A stretch of DNA of 64,000 bases from Chiloscyllium plagiosum (taxonomy: Eukaryota): the NCBI RefSeq assembly GCF_004010195.1, contig NW_025215357.1:1486-65485 (forward strand), written 5' to 3'. Below the pieces are notes generated by a model. It was not told where the DNA came from, did not search any database, and was given only the letters and a program-made list of their open reading frames with translations. This document shows, piece by piece, positions 1-10,481 of the stretch. The translations under genes were made by a program, and so were the position numbers. How positions within the stretch are numbered: the first letter of the stretch is position 1; every line of letters begins with the position of its first letter.

Positions 1-785
1 CCATCCATCACATACTGTTGCTGTTGCAAATTCCTCATTGCTTCTAACTGTCTCTCCAACTAATCCATTCGATCTGATAAAATTCACATCCAACAGCACT
101 TACGGCATATAATCCGCAGTAACCCTTAAACTCTCTTTAAACTCCCACATCTGAAAGAAGTACGTATCACTGTACTAAAGGCCATTTTTGCTCCTTCACA
201 ATCTACAGACCCAGAAAATAACACCATCTTATTCCTCTACAAAACACTGCCCCAGGTTAGATTAATAGTTATGGCTTATATTTTAAGTTTAATCAAAATA
301 CATATCTCCAAAAACATATAATCAAGAAAGAACCCACTCTACTCACTACTGCAGCCTTTCTGTTGGACACACTTAAAACAATGATTAACTTATCTGATTC
401 TGTGCTGTGACCTTCGGCCAAACAGGTTCCTCCAAGATTAGTTGTGAAATTCACTGCTTGTTAATTTTCCCAGACACACTCCAATGTCCAGCGATACATG
501 AATTCAAAACAGCAAAGGCAGTAACTGGGCAGGTTCTCTCTCTCCCTCTCTTGCACTGTCCTCACCATATGTTTCCTTTGTCTGTTCTTCTTCCTTTTAA
601 AACTGCTGTTGTTTTGACATTTTTTTTCCAAAGTTCCAAAACATTGCAACAGCATATGAAACAGTAATTGCTGCTCCTGTAGGTCGAGGAAATCATCTCC
701 AGCACTTAAAATACCTCAAAAAAGGAGCAGCTGTTACAGCCAGAAATTTTTCCCATCCTCCATCTTGGATTCCCCAGAATCCTCG
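1..785 (-). mobile_element. 5' end (5' UTR plus start of degraded ORF1) of a CR1-clade LINE running off the left edge
   Basis: Minus strand of about 1-150 reads a frameshifted ADY-CRKCCWM...LSDRMD*LERQLEAMRNLQQQQYVMDG, resembling the CxxC plus leucine-zipper N-terminus of CR1 ORF1; the remainder looks like a LINE 5' UTR. Confidence 0.6.
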
Positions 786-786
786 A

Positions 787-1190
787 CTCTTATCTCTGAG
801 TCAGAATATTGTGGGGCATTTGAGCATCAAAAAGATCCAGGCTGACACTATAGTGCAGTTCCTGAATTGTTGCATTAGCCATCTTTCAGTTGGAATCTTA
901 AAAAGATCCCCTCTCTACCCTCTTAGCTGGATGTAAAGATCCCTTGGAGTTATTTCAAAGTGGGCAGATGGTATCTATGGTGCCCAGCACATTGTTTATC
1001 CTAAAATTAACAATCATAAAGAATATTATCTGTCATTGTTATTTCTGTGCAACTTGTGTACGATTTGCCTGCTGTTTTTCCTACTTCACTACAGCGATGC
1101 CACTTCAAAGGTTCTGTGTTAGCAATAATGTGAATTGCAATATCTTAACATTGTGAAAGGAAGGAATAAATGTCAGTTTTTTTTTTCTTT
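787..1190 (+). mobile_element. Degenerate Deu-domain SINE (SacSINE1/AmnSINE1-like)
   Basis: Motifs ggctgacactatagtgcagt, ggatgtaaagatccc, attatctgtcattg and ctacagcgatgccacttcaaag occur in the order recalled for the DeuSINE consensus; T-rich tail. Confidence 0.6.
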
Positions 1191-2705
1191 TTTTCATTTT
1201 TTTGTTCTTCCTCAATCTCGAATTTGCTGTCATTCTGTTTCTGAACAGTGGTCACTGTTTTCTTTTCAGTATTCTAAATATGATAGAGCAGAATTGTACA
1301 ACATAACTTCTCTGTGGGAACCTGAAGTATATCATTGTATTTAGTACTTTGAAGTCTGGAAATGGAAAGTAACTTTTGCAGACACCTAGGTGACATAGTA
1401 CATATCATTTGAATATGAGTGAAAAATACAGAAAATACAGAGATTCATTCACATGAACTGATGACTTCCAAACTGAAGGAGAATATCTGAGCAAAACTCC
1501 AGAATGGAGGGCTAAACATATTTTCTCACACTATTCCAACTTGCTCAAAAACCATTCACCACACTCCAGTTCTGCCCATTTTTTCTGATGTTAGTTCAGT
1601 TTTTTCATGCACCATAGTTAGAAGTGCTCATCACTGCTGGGGTATCCCAGGATCCTTGGTGTCAATGCCATATTTAAAAAGCCATTGTGTGTGCACTCAG
1701 TCAAGCATTGGCAATCCAGAGCTGCCTGCATAATTCATAACATTGGCCCCAGACATGGCAGATGAGGGGAAATTGGTTCCTTGGATGTGGATATGGACCA
1801 AGGGTCCAGGTGAACGAGATGGTGCAGGGGAATAATATCCTCTTCCCACATGACTGCCAGAGGGAGGCCACAAGACTAGGTTTTCCATTATAGTGCATGG
1901 TTACCAGTCGGGCCAGCATAATTTTAGCCATTTGGAAGAACACCCAGCAGTCTAGAAAGAAGATCAATGACCTTCTCCACTTTGCCAAGAAATGCCACAA
2001 TCTTCTTTCTGCTAACTCATACTTATTTTGTCTCTGCTACTGCAACAAGGCTTTACCTTCACTCACTCTCACCCACCCAATTCCCCCACAAAATTAACCC
2101 TGCATGCCCCCTGTGGTGCCTACTCACTCCTTCAGGACAACTCACCAACTCTCTCCAGCTCACACTGGCACTAACAATTGTGCCACCCAGTTCCATCTCA
2201 CTCATTCCTTGCCTTTCTCTCATTCTAAGAGTAACCCACAATATGGTAGAATGAGCTAAGATAGGTTGTGGTGTGTCTGACATTCAGCCCATCACTCCCT
2301 ATGAAGAGACAATCCTGACCTTAATTGCCCTGAATGGCCGAATGTCTGTGCTCAAGCAACTGGGCAGATAGAAGAGACTGCCTTTAATTTACTGTGCCAA
2401 GTCTCCGAGCCTGAATGGCATCTCCTTTGACTTGACTGAGGACTACTCCCTTTAGAGTCTGTGACACAGCCACTTGAAGTACATGTGGTATGTTTACTAT
2501 GGATGCTGTGGACACAGTGCACGTATGAGATTGACATAAAATAGTGTTGTACACCAGCCCCTTGGCTGATCACTGATTACAATCATGGCTTCCTGGTTTT
2601 GTGCCTGCTCTAAAAGGCAAGGGAAGACTGTGTACTTTTAACCTCTAGCTGAGAGGGCAAACAGTTAAAAAAGAAAGTAAGAAAAGCAGCGCTGTAAGCA
2701 TCATT

Positions 2706-3030
2706 TCATTCATTCACAGGATGTGGGCATCGCTGGCTCAGCCTGTATTTATTGCCCAGAGGGCAGCTAAGAGGCAATCACATTGCTGTCAGTCTGGAAT
2801 CACATGTAGGCCAGACCTCTAAAGGACAGCCGTTTCCTTCCTTAAAAGACATTAATGAACCAAATGGGTCTCTCCCAACAATTGACAGCAGTTTCATTGT
2901 CATCATTTGATTCTTGATTGCAGATTTCTATCAAATTCAAATTCATCTGCTGTGGCAGGATTTCAAACCAGGTCCCAGAGCACTTGGCCACTGGATTTAT
3001 AGCCTAGTGATAAAACCACTGGGCCATCAC
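2706..3030 (-). mobile_element. tRNA-derived SINE with LINE-like 3' tail
   Basis: Minus strand starts with A-box/B-box-like motifs and ends gcccacatcctgtgaatgaat; a second copy lies at about 34910-35225. Confidence 0.7.
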
Positions 3031-3386
3031 TTCCCCTAAAGAGTGAATGTAAGCAAGTAAGCAAGCAGTCCTGAGATGCTCCCTAGTGCAGTCGTGAATG
3101 GGGAGTGTGCGGTTGCTGCCTGGAACATGCCCTGAGATGTCCAGAAGGTCCAGAGGAGGAAGGAGCAAGTGGCAGTCACCATGCCCTTGGCCTGATTTGC
3201 ATTTCAAGAATTCTCGATGTCTTGTTCCTTTCTAACAGGTGGCAGAATACAGGAGTGAAAGTTAATAAGGCGAGACTAGTAATAATGATGGTGATAATGA
3301 ATGATGGTGTCCATTAATAGGCCTCTTGCTGATCAATGGAGAGAATCTCAACATCTCAATCCTCGTTGGTAAATGAGACTTTTTTT

Positions 3387-3653
3387 TTAGATTAGATTAC
3401 TTACAGTGTGGAAACAGGCCCTTCGGCCCAACACGACCACACCGACCCGCCAAAGCGCACCCACCCAGACCCATTCTCCTACATTTACCCCTGCACCTAA
3501 CACTACGGGTAATTTACGATGGCCAATTCAGCTGACCTGCACATTTCTTTTGGACTGTGGGAGGAAACCGGAGCACCCAAAGGAAACCCACGCAGACACG
3601 GGGAGAATGTGCAAACTCCACACAGTCAGTTGCCTAAGGCGGGATTTGAACCG
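3387..3653 (-). mobile_element. HE1-type elasmobranch SINE, 5'-truncated
   Basis: Highly similar to 40884-41194 and 61316-61637; core gtctgcgtgggtttcc and (TAATC)n tail. Confidence 0.9.
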
Positions 3654-4626
3654 ATATTGAGAAAAGCCTTGTTTGCCTCTCATGCGATTCTCCCAAGTTT
3701 CACATCATAGCCCACATCATTCAGGGCCTGGGAAGATATTGTGGTTGCTTCACTGTCACTGGATCAACATTCTGCCATTGCCTTCTATACAGAACTGAAT
3801 GAATTGTAATGATTCAAGAAGCCAGCTCACTACCAGCTACTTTGACAGTAATTAAGGATGGGCAATACATATTGATCTTGCCAACTATCGTCATCTGCCA
3901 AGAATGAATTAAAAATGAAAAGCCCCTGCCCCTTTCATTGCTGTATTTAAATGCACAACTCAACAAGTTAATAAGCCTGTCTTGTTTTCATCACTGAGTT
4001 CTAGTCTCTGTGTCTGAGAAATGATTGGGTCCTTGGCTTGCTTCAGCTTGTAACACTGAGATATATGTCTACACTGAGATCTGAAGATCCAAGGGATACA
4101 AAGCTTTCCCAATCTCTCAATGTATTTAGGCAATGAATATCTGAATGTTATTCAAATCACACTAATAAGACATGTATTTAAGTGAAGAAATAAACTTTTG
4201 CTCAACATGCAGGAAGTAATTGTAACCTTGCGGTTAATGCTTTTAAAGACCTAACTTCATCTTGGTGCAGTTAATTCCTTTAATGTTCTACTGTACATCT
4301 AAACTCCATGAAACATTTCCTGGGAATTTCCTAATTCATGACACGAGTTTTCATTTCACTATTCATTTTGTGCAATCCCATAATTGAACTAAATCCTTCA
4401 TATTATTGCGAAGTGGGTAGCTCATCCGAAAGTAGCAGTATAACTTCAGCCTTATCTTTGTGCTACTAGCCATTACTGGATTTTAAATTTAGATTAATAT
4501 TATTAAAGCTCCCATGGTATGTGAAGGGACGTCCCAGCTCCCGTTTAGTAGAACATTTTTTCTGAAGCTTCAATATTATGCCAGGTCATTCAACAATTGC
4601 AATACAGATCCTCATTCAAATATAAA

Positions 4627-6635
4627 ACATAGGACATTCCAGTGCAGTAGAGGCCCTTTGGCCCTCGATGTTGCGCCAACCTGTGAAACCAATCTGAAGA
4701 TCATCTAATCTACACTACTCCATTCTCATCCATATGTTTATCCAATGGCCATTTCAATGCCCTTAAAGTTGGCGAGTCTACTACTGTTGCAGGCAATGAG
4801 TTCCACTCCCCCTACTAATCTCTGAGTAAAGAAACTACCTCTGACATCTGTCCTATATCTATTACCCCTCAATTTAAAGCTATGTCCCCCCATGCTAGCC
4901 ATCGCCATCTGAGAAAAAAGGCTCTCACTGTCCAACCTATCTAACCCTCTGATTATTTTATATGTCTCAATTAAGTCACCTCTCAACGAAAGTCCCTCAG
5001 CCTTTTCTCATTAGGCCTTCCCTCCATACCAGGCAACATCCTAGTAAATCTCTTTTGAACCCTTTTGAAAACTTCTACATCCTTCCTAAAATGCAGTGAC
5101 CAGAATTGTACACAATACTCCAAATGTGGCTGCACCAGAGTTTTGTACAACTGCAGCTTGATCTCATGGTTCCAAAACTCAATCCCTCTACCAATAAACG
5201 CTAACACACCGTATGCCTTCTTAACAACCCTAACAAACTGGCGGGCAACTTTCAGGGATCTATGTATCTGGACACCGAGATCTCTCTGCTCATCTACACC
5301 ACCAAGAATCTTACCATTAGCCCAGTACTCTGCATTCCTGTTACTCCTTCCAAAGTGAATCACCTCACATTTTTCAGCATTAAATTCCATTTGCTTTCTT
5401 TCAGCCCAGTTCTGCAGCTTATTTACGTCTTTCTGTATCCTATAACATCCTTCGTCACTATCTACAACTCTACCGACCTTAGTGTCATCTGCAAATTTAC
5501 TATCCCATGCTGCTGTGCTCTCATCCAGATCATTTATAAAAATGATAAACAACAGTGAACCCAAAACAGATCCTTGCAGTACCCCACTAGTAACTGAATT
5601 CCAGGATGAATATTTCCCATCAACCACCACCCTCTGTCTTCTTTCAGCTAGCCAATTACTGAGCCAAACCACTAAATCACCCTCAATTCCATGCCTTTGT
5701 ATTTTGTTCAATCGTCTACCATAGAGAACGTTATCAAACGCCTTACTGAAATATATATGCACCACATCAACTGCTTTACCCTCTTCCACCTGTTTGGTCA
5801 CCTTCTCAAAGAACTCAATAAGGTTTGTGAGGCACAATCTATTCTTCACAAAACCATGTTGACTATCCCTAATCAACTTATTCCTTTCTAGATGATTATA
5901 TATCCTATCTCTTATAACCCTTTCCAACACTTTACCCACAACTGAAGTAAGGCTCACAGGTCTATAATTTCCAGGGTTGTCTCTACTCCCCTCCTTGAAC
6001 AAGAGAACAATGTTTGCTATCCTCTAGTCTCTGGCACTATTACTGTAGACAATGACAACATAAAGATCAAAGCCAACGGCTCGGCAATCTCCTCCCTGAC
6101 TTCCCAGGGAATCCTAGAATATATCTCAACTGGCCCAGGGACTTATCTATTTTTACACTTTCCAACATTGCTAATACCTCCTCCTTATGCACTTCAATCC
6201 CATCTAGTCTAGTAGCCTGTATCTCAGTCTTCTCCTCGACCACATTGTCTTTTTCTAGTATGAAACGTATTCATTTAGCACTTCCCCTATCTCCTCTGAT
6301 TCCACACAACTTCCCACTATTATGTTTGATTGGCCCTATTCTTACACTAATCATTCTTTTATTCCTGGTATACCTACAGAAAGCCTGAGTGTTTTCCTTG
6401 ATCCTATCTGCCAACAACTTCTCATGTCCCCTCCTGGCTCTTCTTAATTCTCTCTTTAGGCATTTCCTGGCTAACTTGTAACTCTCAAGTGCCCTAACTG
6501 AGCCATCACATCTCAACGTAACATAAGCCTTCGTCTTCCTCTTGACAAGAGATTCAACTTCCTTAGTAAACCATGGTCCACACGCTCGACAACTTCCTCC
6601 CTGCCTGACTGGTACATACTTATTAAGGAGTGCAG
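4627..6635 (-). mobile_element. CR1/HER1-type LINE, 5'-truncated, disrupted ORF2 reverse transcriptase
   Basis: ORF 4983-6002 has PGNYRPVSLTS, QHGF, GVLQGSVLGSLLF, FADDTK and LEYCVQFWS; ORFs 4738-4986 and 6271-6516 are flanking ORF2 pieces. Confidence 0.95.
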
Positions 6636-6739
6636 TGTCTATATATATACTCTTTCAGGGAGACTCAGTACACCTTTACCTGTTATATTTAATGCTCTTT
6701 GCGCTAATGCACTATAGTAGCTGACTGTGGAGTATCTTA

Positions 6740-7330
6740 GAGAACAGGTTGAACTCAAAGCACACCAATCCTCCCTATCTTCCATACAGCACTGAGTCAA
6801 GTATCCTGTACAGCCAACATGTAAACCTTCTAAAGCACTCCCACCAGTCATACCTCCATGATATCTACATCATAAACATTGAAGTCCTGGAGACAGCTGG
6901 CATTATCAGAATTGAGGCTATCCTCCTACAAAGCCAACTTACATGGGTCACGTTGCCTGGATGGATGACAATCACTGGCACAAGATCATGTTGCACAGAA
7001 ATTTGATGACTGGTAAAAGGAACATAAGGTCCAACATGCAAACATTTCAAATACTTCCTGAAGAGGTCACAATCTATATATCACATTGACTTTCGCTAGT
7101 GGGTGGTGTGGGTCAAAGATTGTGATACCTAGAGATGCTCCATTAGGAATGCCTCAGACGCCTTTGGAACTGAGTGAAGAATCAGTGGGAGAGAGAAGGA
7201 TAGATCCAATTGTCCCCAACAGTGACTACACATTTACTGTGTGGGAGAATCTGCTGGTCACAGATCAGCCTAAGCAGCCACTCAGTGGCACTGTACCCAA
7301 CAAATACAGTCTTTGTTCACAAAAGAATTG
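6740..7330 (+). mobile_element. RTE-clade LINE C-terminal fragment, degenerate
   Basis: ORF 6749-7006 (LPYSTESSILYSQHVNLLKHSHQ...NIEVLETAGIIRIEAILLQSQLTW) resembles the RTE post-RT pattern LLYGxExW...ERFHQR...TNxEVL...SIEAML...QLRW. Confidence 0.7.
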
Positions 7331-7654
7331 CCAAGTTAGAGTGGACCTTTGTAAACAGGTCTCAGGCTGCAAGTGCTTTGAACCTGAGTACAAAACAATT
7401 CCAACATAAAATACTTTTTCAAAATATTTCAAATATATCTCGGAGCAACATTTTGGTAAGCCTCTCTCTGGTGTAGGAAATATTAGGAGTAAGTAAAATA
7501 AACCAGCTGGCATTTTGCTGAAGTGAATATTGCCATATGAAGGTGGATGGTAAATCGTCAAGTCCTACAATCTGAGCCTATCGCCTTCAACATGTTTAGT
7601 TTGAAGATTGCCGGACATTTTTGTTTATCAATACTATCATCGCCACTTTTTTTA

Positions 7655-8070
7655 TGGTGCTGGGAGTAAGGAACTTTAGTTACATGGATGGAGAAGTTGG
7701 ATTGATCTCCTCAGACAAGAGAAGGTTCAGAGGAGGTTTAACAGAAATGCTCAAAATCATGAGTGGATAGAAATTATACTCATTGGCAGGAAGGATCAAG
7801 AATCAGAGGACACCGGTTTAAGGTGAATGACAATGAGGTCAAACATGACCTGAGGACAATCATTTTTTTATTTAGCAATCGGTTAGAATCTGGAATGCAC
7901 ATCGGCAACAGAGGTGGGGACAGATCCAGTTTGGCAATTGGATAAGCCCCTGAGGAGAAGGAAACAATGTAGGGGCGTTGAGAAAGAGCAGGTACAGGAA
8001 GAAAGTCGGGCTGGTGGAGTAGGTCTGATAGAGGGCTAGCATGGATCCACGGGCCGAATGTCTCCCTACT
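7655..8070 (+). mobile_element. Old CR1 LINE 3' fragment
   Basis: Residual SRIRGHRFKV motif and gggccgaatg 3' terminal motif. Confidence 0.7.
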
Positions 8071-8399
8071 GCGCGTAACCACATTTCCAATGATATAGAA
8101 CTTAAGTGCTTATTTTGTGCTGGTAACATTTTTAAGTATCCCCGACGGGAAATGTCTGGGGAGTTCTCTTCACCAGTGTCTTTTAAAAAAAAAGACGTTA
8201 TCAAATAGAGTGAGATCCTCACTCGTTGAGGGCTTGGATTGCCAGCGGCTACTGGTATCTACGCGAAGACCATGTTGTTTGGAATGTTTTTATTCCCTTA
8301 TCTGGTTTACATGAAGCCAGGCAATTTCGTCACTCGTATTGCTTCGCAAAGAGGTCTTATCAGATAAGAACTTTTCTGGTAAAAAAATGTTGTTATGTA

Positions 8400-8694
8400 A
8401 CTAGGACTGGTGCTCCCTGTCCTGTGCGCTCCCATTGGCAGCGGCCAAAGGTTCAAGCAGAGACAGAGAAAAAAACACCAACTGACCCTGCTCGATGGGC
8501 GGGACGGGGCCCGGCCACAACCTATCGCATGTCGAAGATCCATTTGCGATCTGTCATCTGGCCCAAAAAGGACTAGAGAGAGAGAGAGAGTCCCCGCCCT
8601 CAGGCAAAGCTTGAACCTCCCGCCCCAGTGCGAGAAATTAAGAGCGAAACTTTTTCTGCTGCCTGCCCTCTTTATAATTGGTCTTTGCCTGTAA
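8400..8694 (+). promoter_or_regulatory. EPAS1: EPAS1 proximal promoter (CpG-rich; GC boxes, inverted CCAAT, (AG)8, TATA-like element)
   Basis: GGGCGG near 8497, CCGCCC near 8594 and 8620, ATTGG near 8434 and 8677, (AG)8 at 8575-8590, TTTATAA at 8671-8677. CpG is retained relative to the flanks. The exact TSS is unknown. Confidence 0.7.
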
Positions 8695-8738
8695 GTGGCT
8701 GTACAATCCTCAGCAGTGTTCTGAGACTGTATGGTCGC
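8695..8738 (+). promoter_or_regulatory. EPAS1: Iron-responsive element (IRE) RNA hairpin in the EPAS1 5' UTR
   Basis: gtggctgtacaat-C-ctcag-CAGTGT-tctgag-actgtatggtcgc: CAGUGN loop 8714-8719, bulged C8708 preceding a 5-nt upper-stem arm, 13-position lower stem with one mismatch. Closely matches the human HIF-2alpha IRE as recalled (GTACAATCCTCGGCAGTGTCCTGAGACTGTATGGTC). Confidence 0.93.
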
Positions 8739-8763
8739 CTCTCGTTTCCGGGTTGTTTCATGA
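8731..8763 (+). other. uORF MVASRFRVVS* starting inside the IRE 3' arm
   Basis: ATG at 8731 and TGA at 8761-8763 read directly; translation not demonstrated. Confidence 0.5.
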
Positions 8764-9023
8764 TCTGAACTATTTGATCCAACTAAGCATCTAAAAAAGA
8801 AACCCACATGAAGAGATAAGGGGGAGAGAGACTGACAGAGCAACGAGAGAGAGAGAAAACACAGAACTTGGTGTGCACGGCAGAGGAAGTGAAAACAAAT
8901 CAAGGAGAAAAGAAAAACAAATGATGATTCTTTCCATCCATATTGCATTGTAAATTACAACATCGATTGTCAACAGCACTTCTCCGTCTGTTCTTTGCTT
9001 CTGTAAACTTAATCGTCCAAACC

Positions 9024-9049
9024 ATGATAACAGAGAAGGAGAAGAAAAG
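9024..9049 (+). CDS. EPAS1: Endothelial PAS domain protein 1 / HIF-2alpha, coding part of exon 1 (MITEKEKK-R, phase 2)
   Basis: accATG ata aca gag aag gag aag aaa ag|gtaagc: A at -3 and a strong donor. 26 coding nt with the same length and phase as mammalian EPAS1 exon 1 (MTADKEKKR), plus the upstream HIF-2alpha-type IRE. Confidence 0.92.
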
Positions 9050-9107
9050 GTAAGCAATGAGATTGCATTTGTTCTGATGAAGTTGGCAATAATTTATTTC
9101 TGATAAG

Positions 9108-9195
9108 GTGCGGGCTGATTTTGTTTATATTATTATTACGTGCGGGCTGATTTTGTTTATATTATTACGTGCGGGCTGATTTTGTTTATATTATT
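9108..9195 (+). repeat. Three-copy tandem repeat (units of 32, 29 and 27 bp) with two TACGTG HRE cores and three TGTTTAT forkhead motifs
   Basis: Unit gtgcgggctgattttgtttatattatt(att)ac starts at 9108, 9140 and 9169; TACGTG at 9137-9142 and 9166-9171. Confidence 0.95.
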
Positions 9196-10481
9196 TAAAG
9201 TGGGACTAAACTCCGACATCACCAGGTGCGCTGACAGGAGACGGGAATAGACTAACTAATAAATAACAACCATTCTGTTTCGGATTGTTTCTGATTGGGG
9301 CTGCGGTTTGAAGTTGATGACAGCGGCCTGTCTGTCGCTGGCTGTCAGCTGCTACCTGTCTGCAGACAGACCTGGCTCTGAGGGCCAGCAATGTTGGCAA
9401 ATATGTCCCTCAAAGTCTTCCCCAAGGGCAAACTCCAGAAGGGACAAATTGGCTCAAACCTCAGCGACTGGGTCAGCGCTGTTTAAACAGTGACCTATTG
9501 ATTGATCCATGCTCTCCTTCACGTGTTTATATTGCCACTGCTGCTCTGTGTCTCATCAACAAGCTGGCGAGGCCTGGCCGACGGATGAGAGGTGGCAACT
9601 GTGTTGTCGGGCATGTCCTCTCCCCCAGGGAGGGTTCAAACCAAATAGCAACTTTCTTGATGTTTAAAGCGCTTGCTCCCCTTTGCCATGGGGCATCTGC
9701 GGCTGCACTAAACGCCGACCTTTTCCCTCCTCCCTCTCTTTTGAGAGAGCCTTTGCATTTCGAGAGAACATCGGAATTATACCGCATGGCTTGTATGATA
9801 TAACGGTGTGTTATTATCTACAAGAAGAATATTGCCCTCAGGCCTTAGCCCGCGTGCAAACGACTGTTGCATTCATCTCTAAGTGACTAGGGCTCAACTG
9901 GGATTGAGTGGGAGAACGACCCCTGAAGGACAGCAGCATCAGCTGACCCTCCTGTATTCTGTACAGCCGACATCCAGTGAAGGTTCAACATTGGATAAAA
10001 ACAGAAACACAGACGTGGAAAACTAAAGATGTTAAGATTGCATTTCCCCGCCCATTCAGCCGTGTCTTGGATATTGGGAGCTAGTTGCTGGTCGCCCCCA
10101 GGAATGACATTGGGACAATTCGTTGGAGTTTGTGCCTCTAGGTAGTTCTGCTGAGCGAAGTGGCGTCCCGGAGGTAGAAAGGGCTCACATTGTCAGGGTG
10201 TGGCAAACTACTGCGTGTGGCAAAATACTTGGTGATTACAACAGCTACTTTACCACCAGGGTCTGGGCGAAGTGCGGGGGGCTGTCCTGAGTCTGGGTTA
10301 GAATCAGAAACAGTTTAAATGGCAGTTGAAGTTAAAGGTAAGCAGGAAGTCAGATAGGAAGAAGTTTACCTCTCCAGAATTACTACTTGGTCGTGAGGGT
10401 GGGATCAGAAATGAGACTCTGTTCAGGATTGCTATTTTGCTTTAAGATTGACCTTAGCCCACAGCATGTAAACTCCGTTTT

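Noticed and set aside
4983..6002. 339-aa ORF as a host gene or active reverse transcriptase
   Set aside because: It is a fragment of a 5'-truncated, frameshifted CR1 ORF2.
8307..8948. 213-aa antisense ORF over the EPAS1 promoter and 5' UTR
   Set aside because: Low-complexity Leu/Ser/Phe/Cys content derived from GA-rich UTR tracts, non-ATG start and no domain; most likely a chance ORF.
9108..9195. CRISPR-like array
   Set aside because: Units are directly adjacent with no unique spacers, in a vertebrate context with no cas genes.
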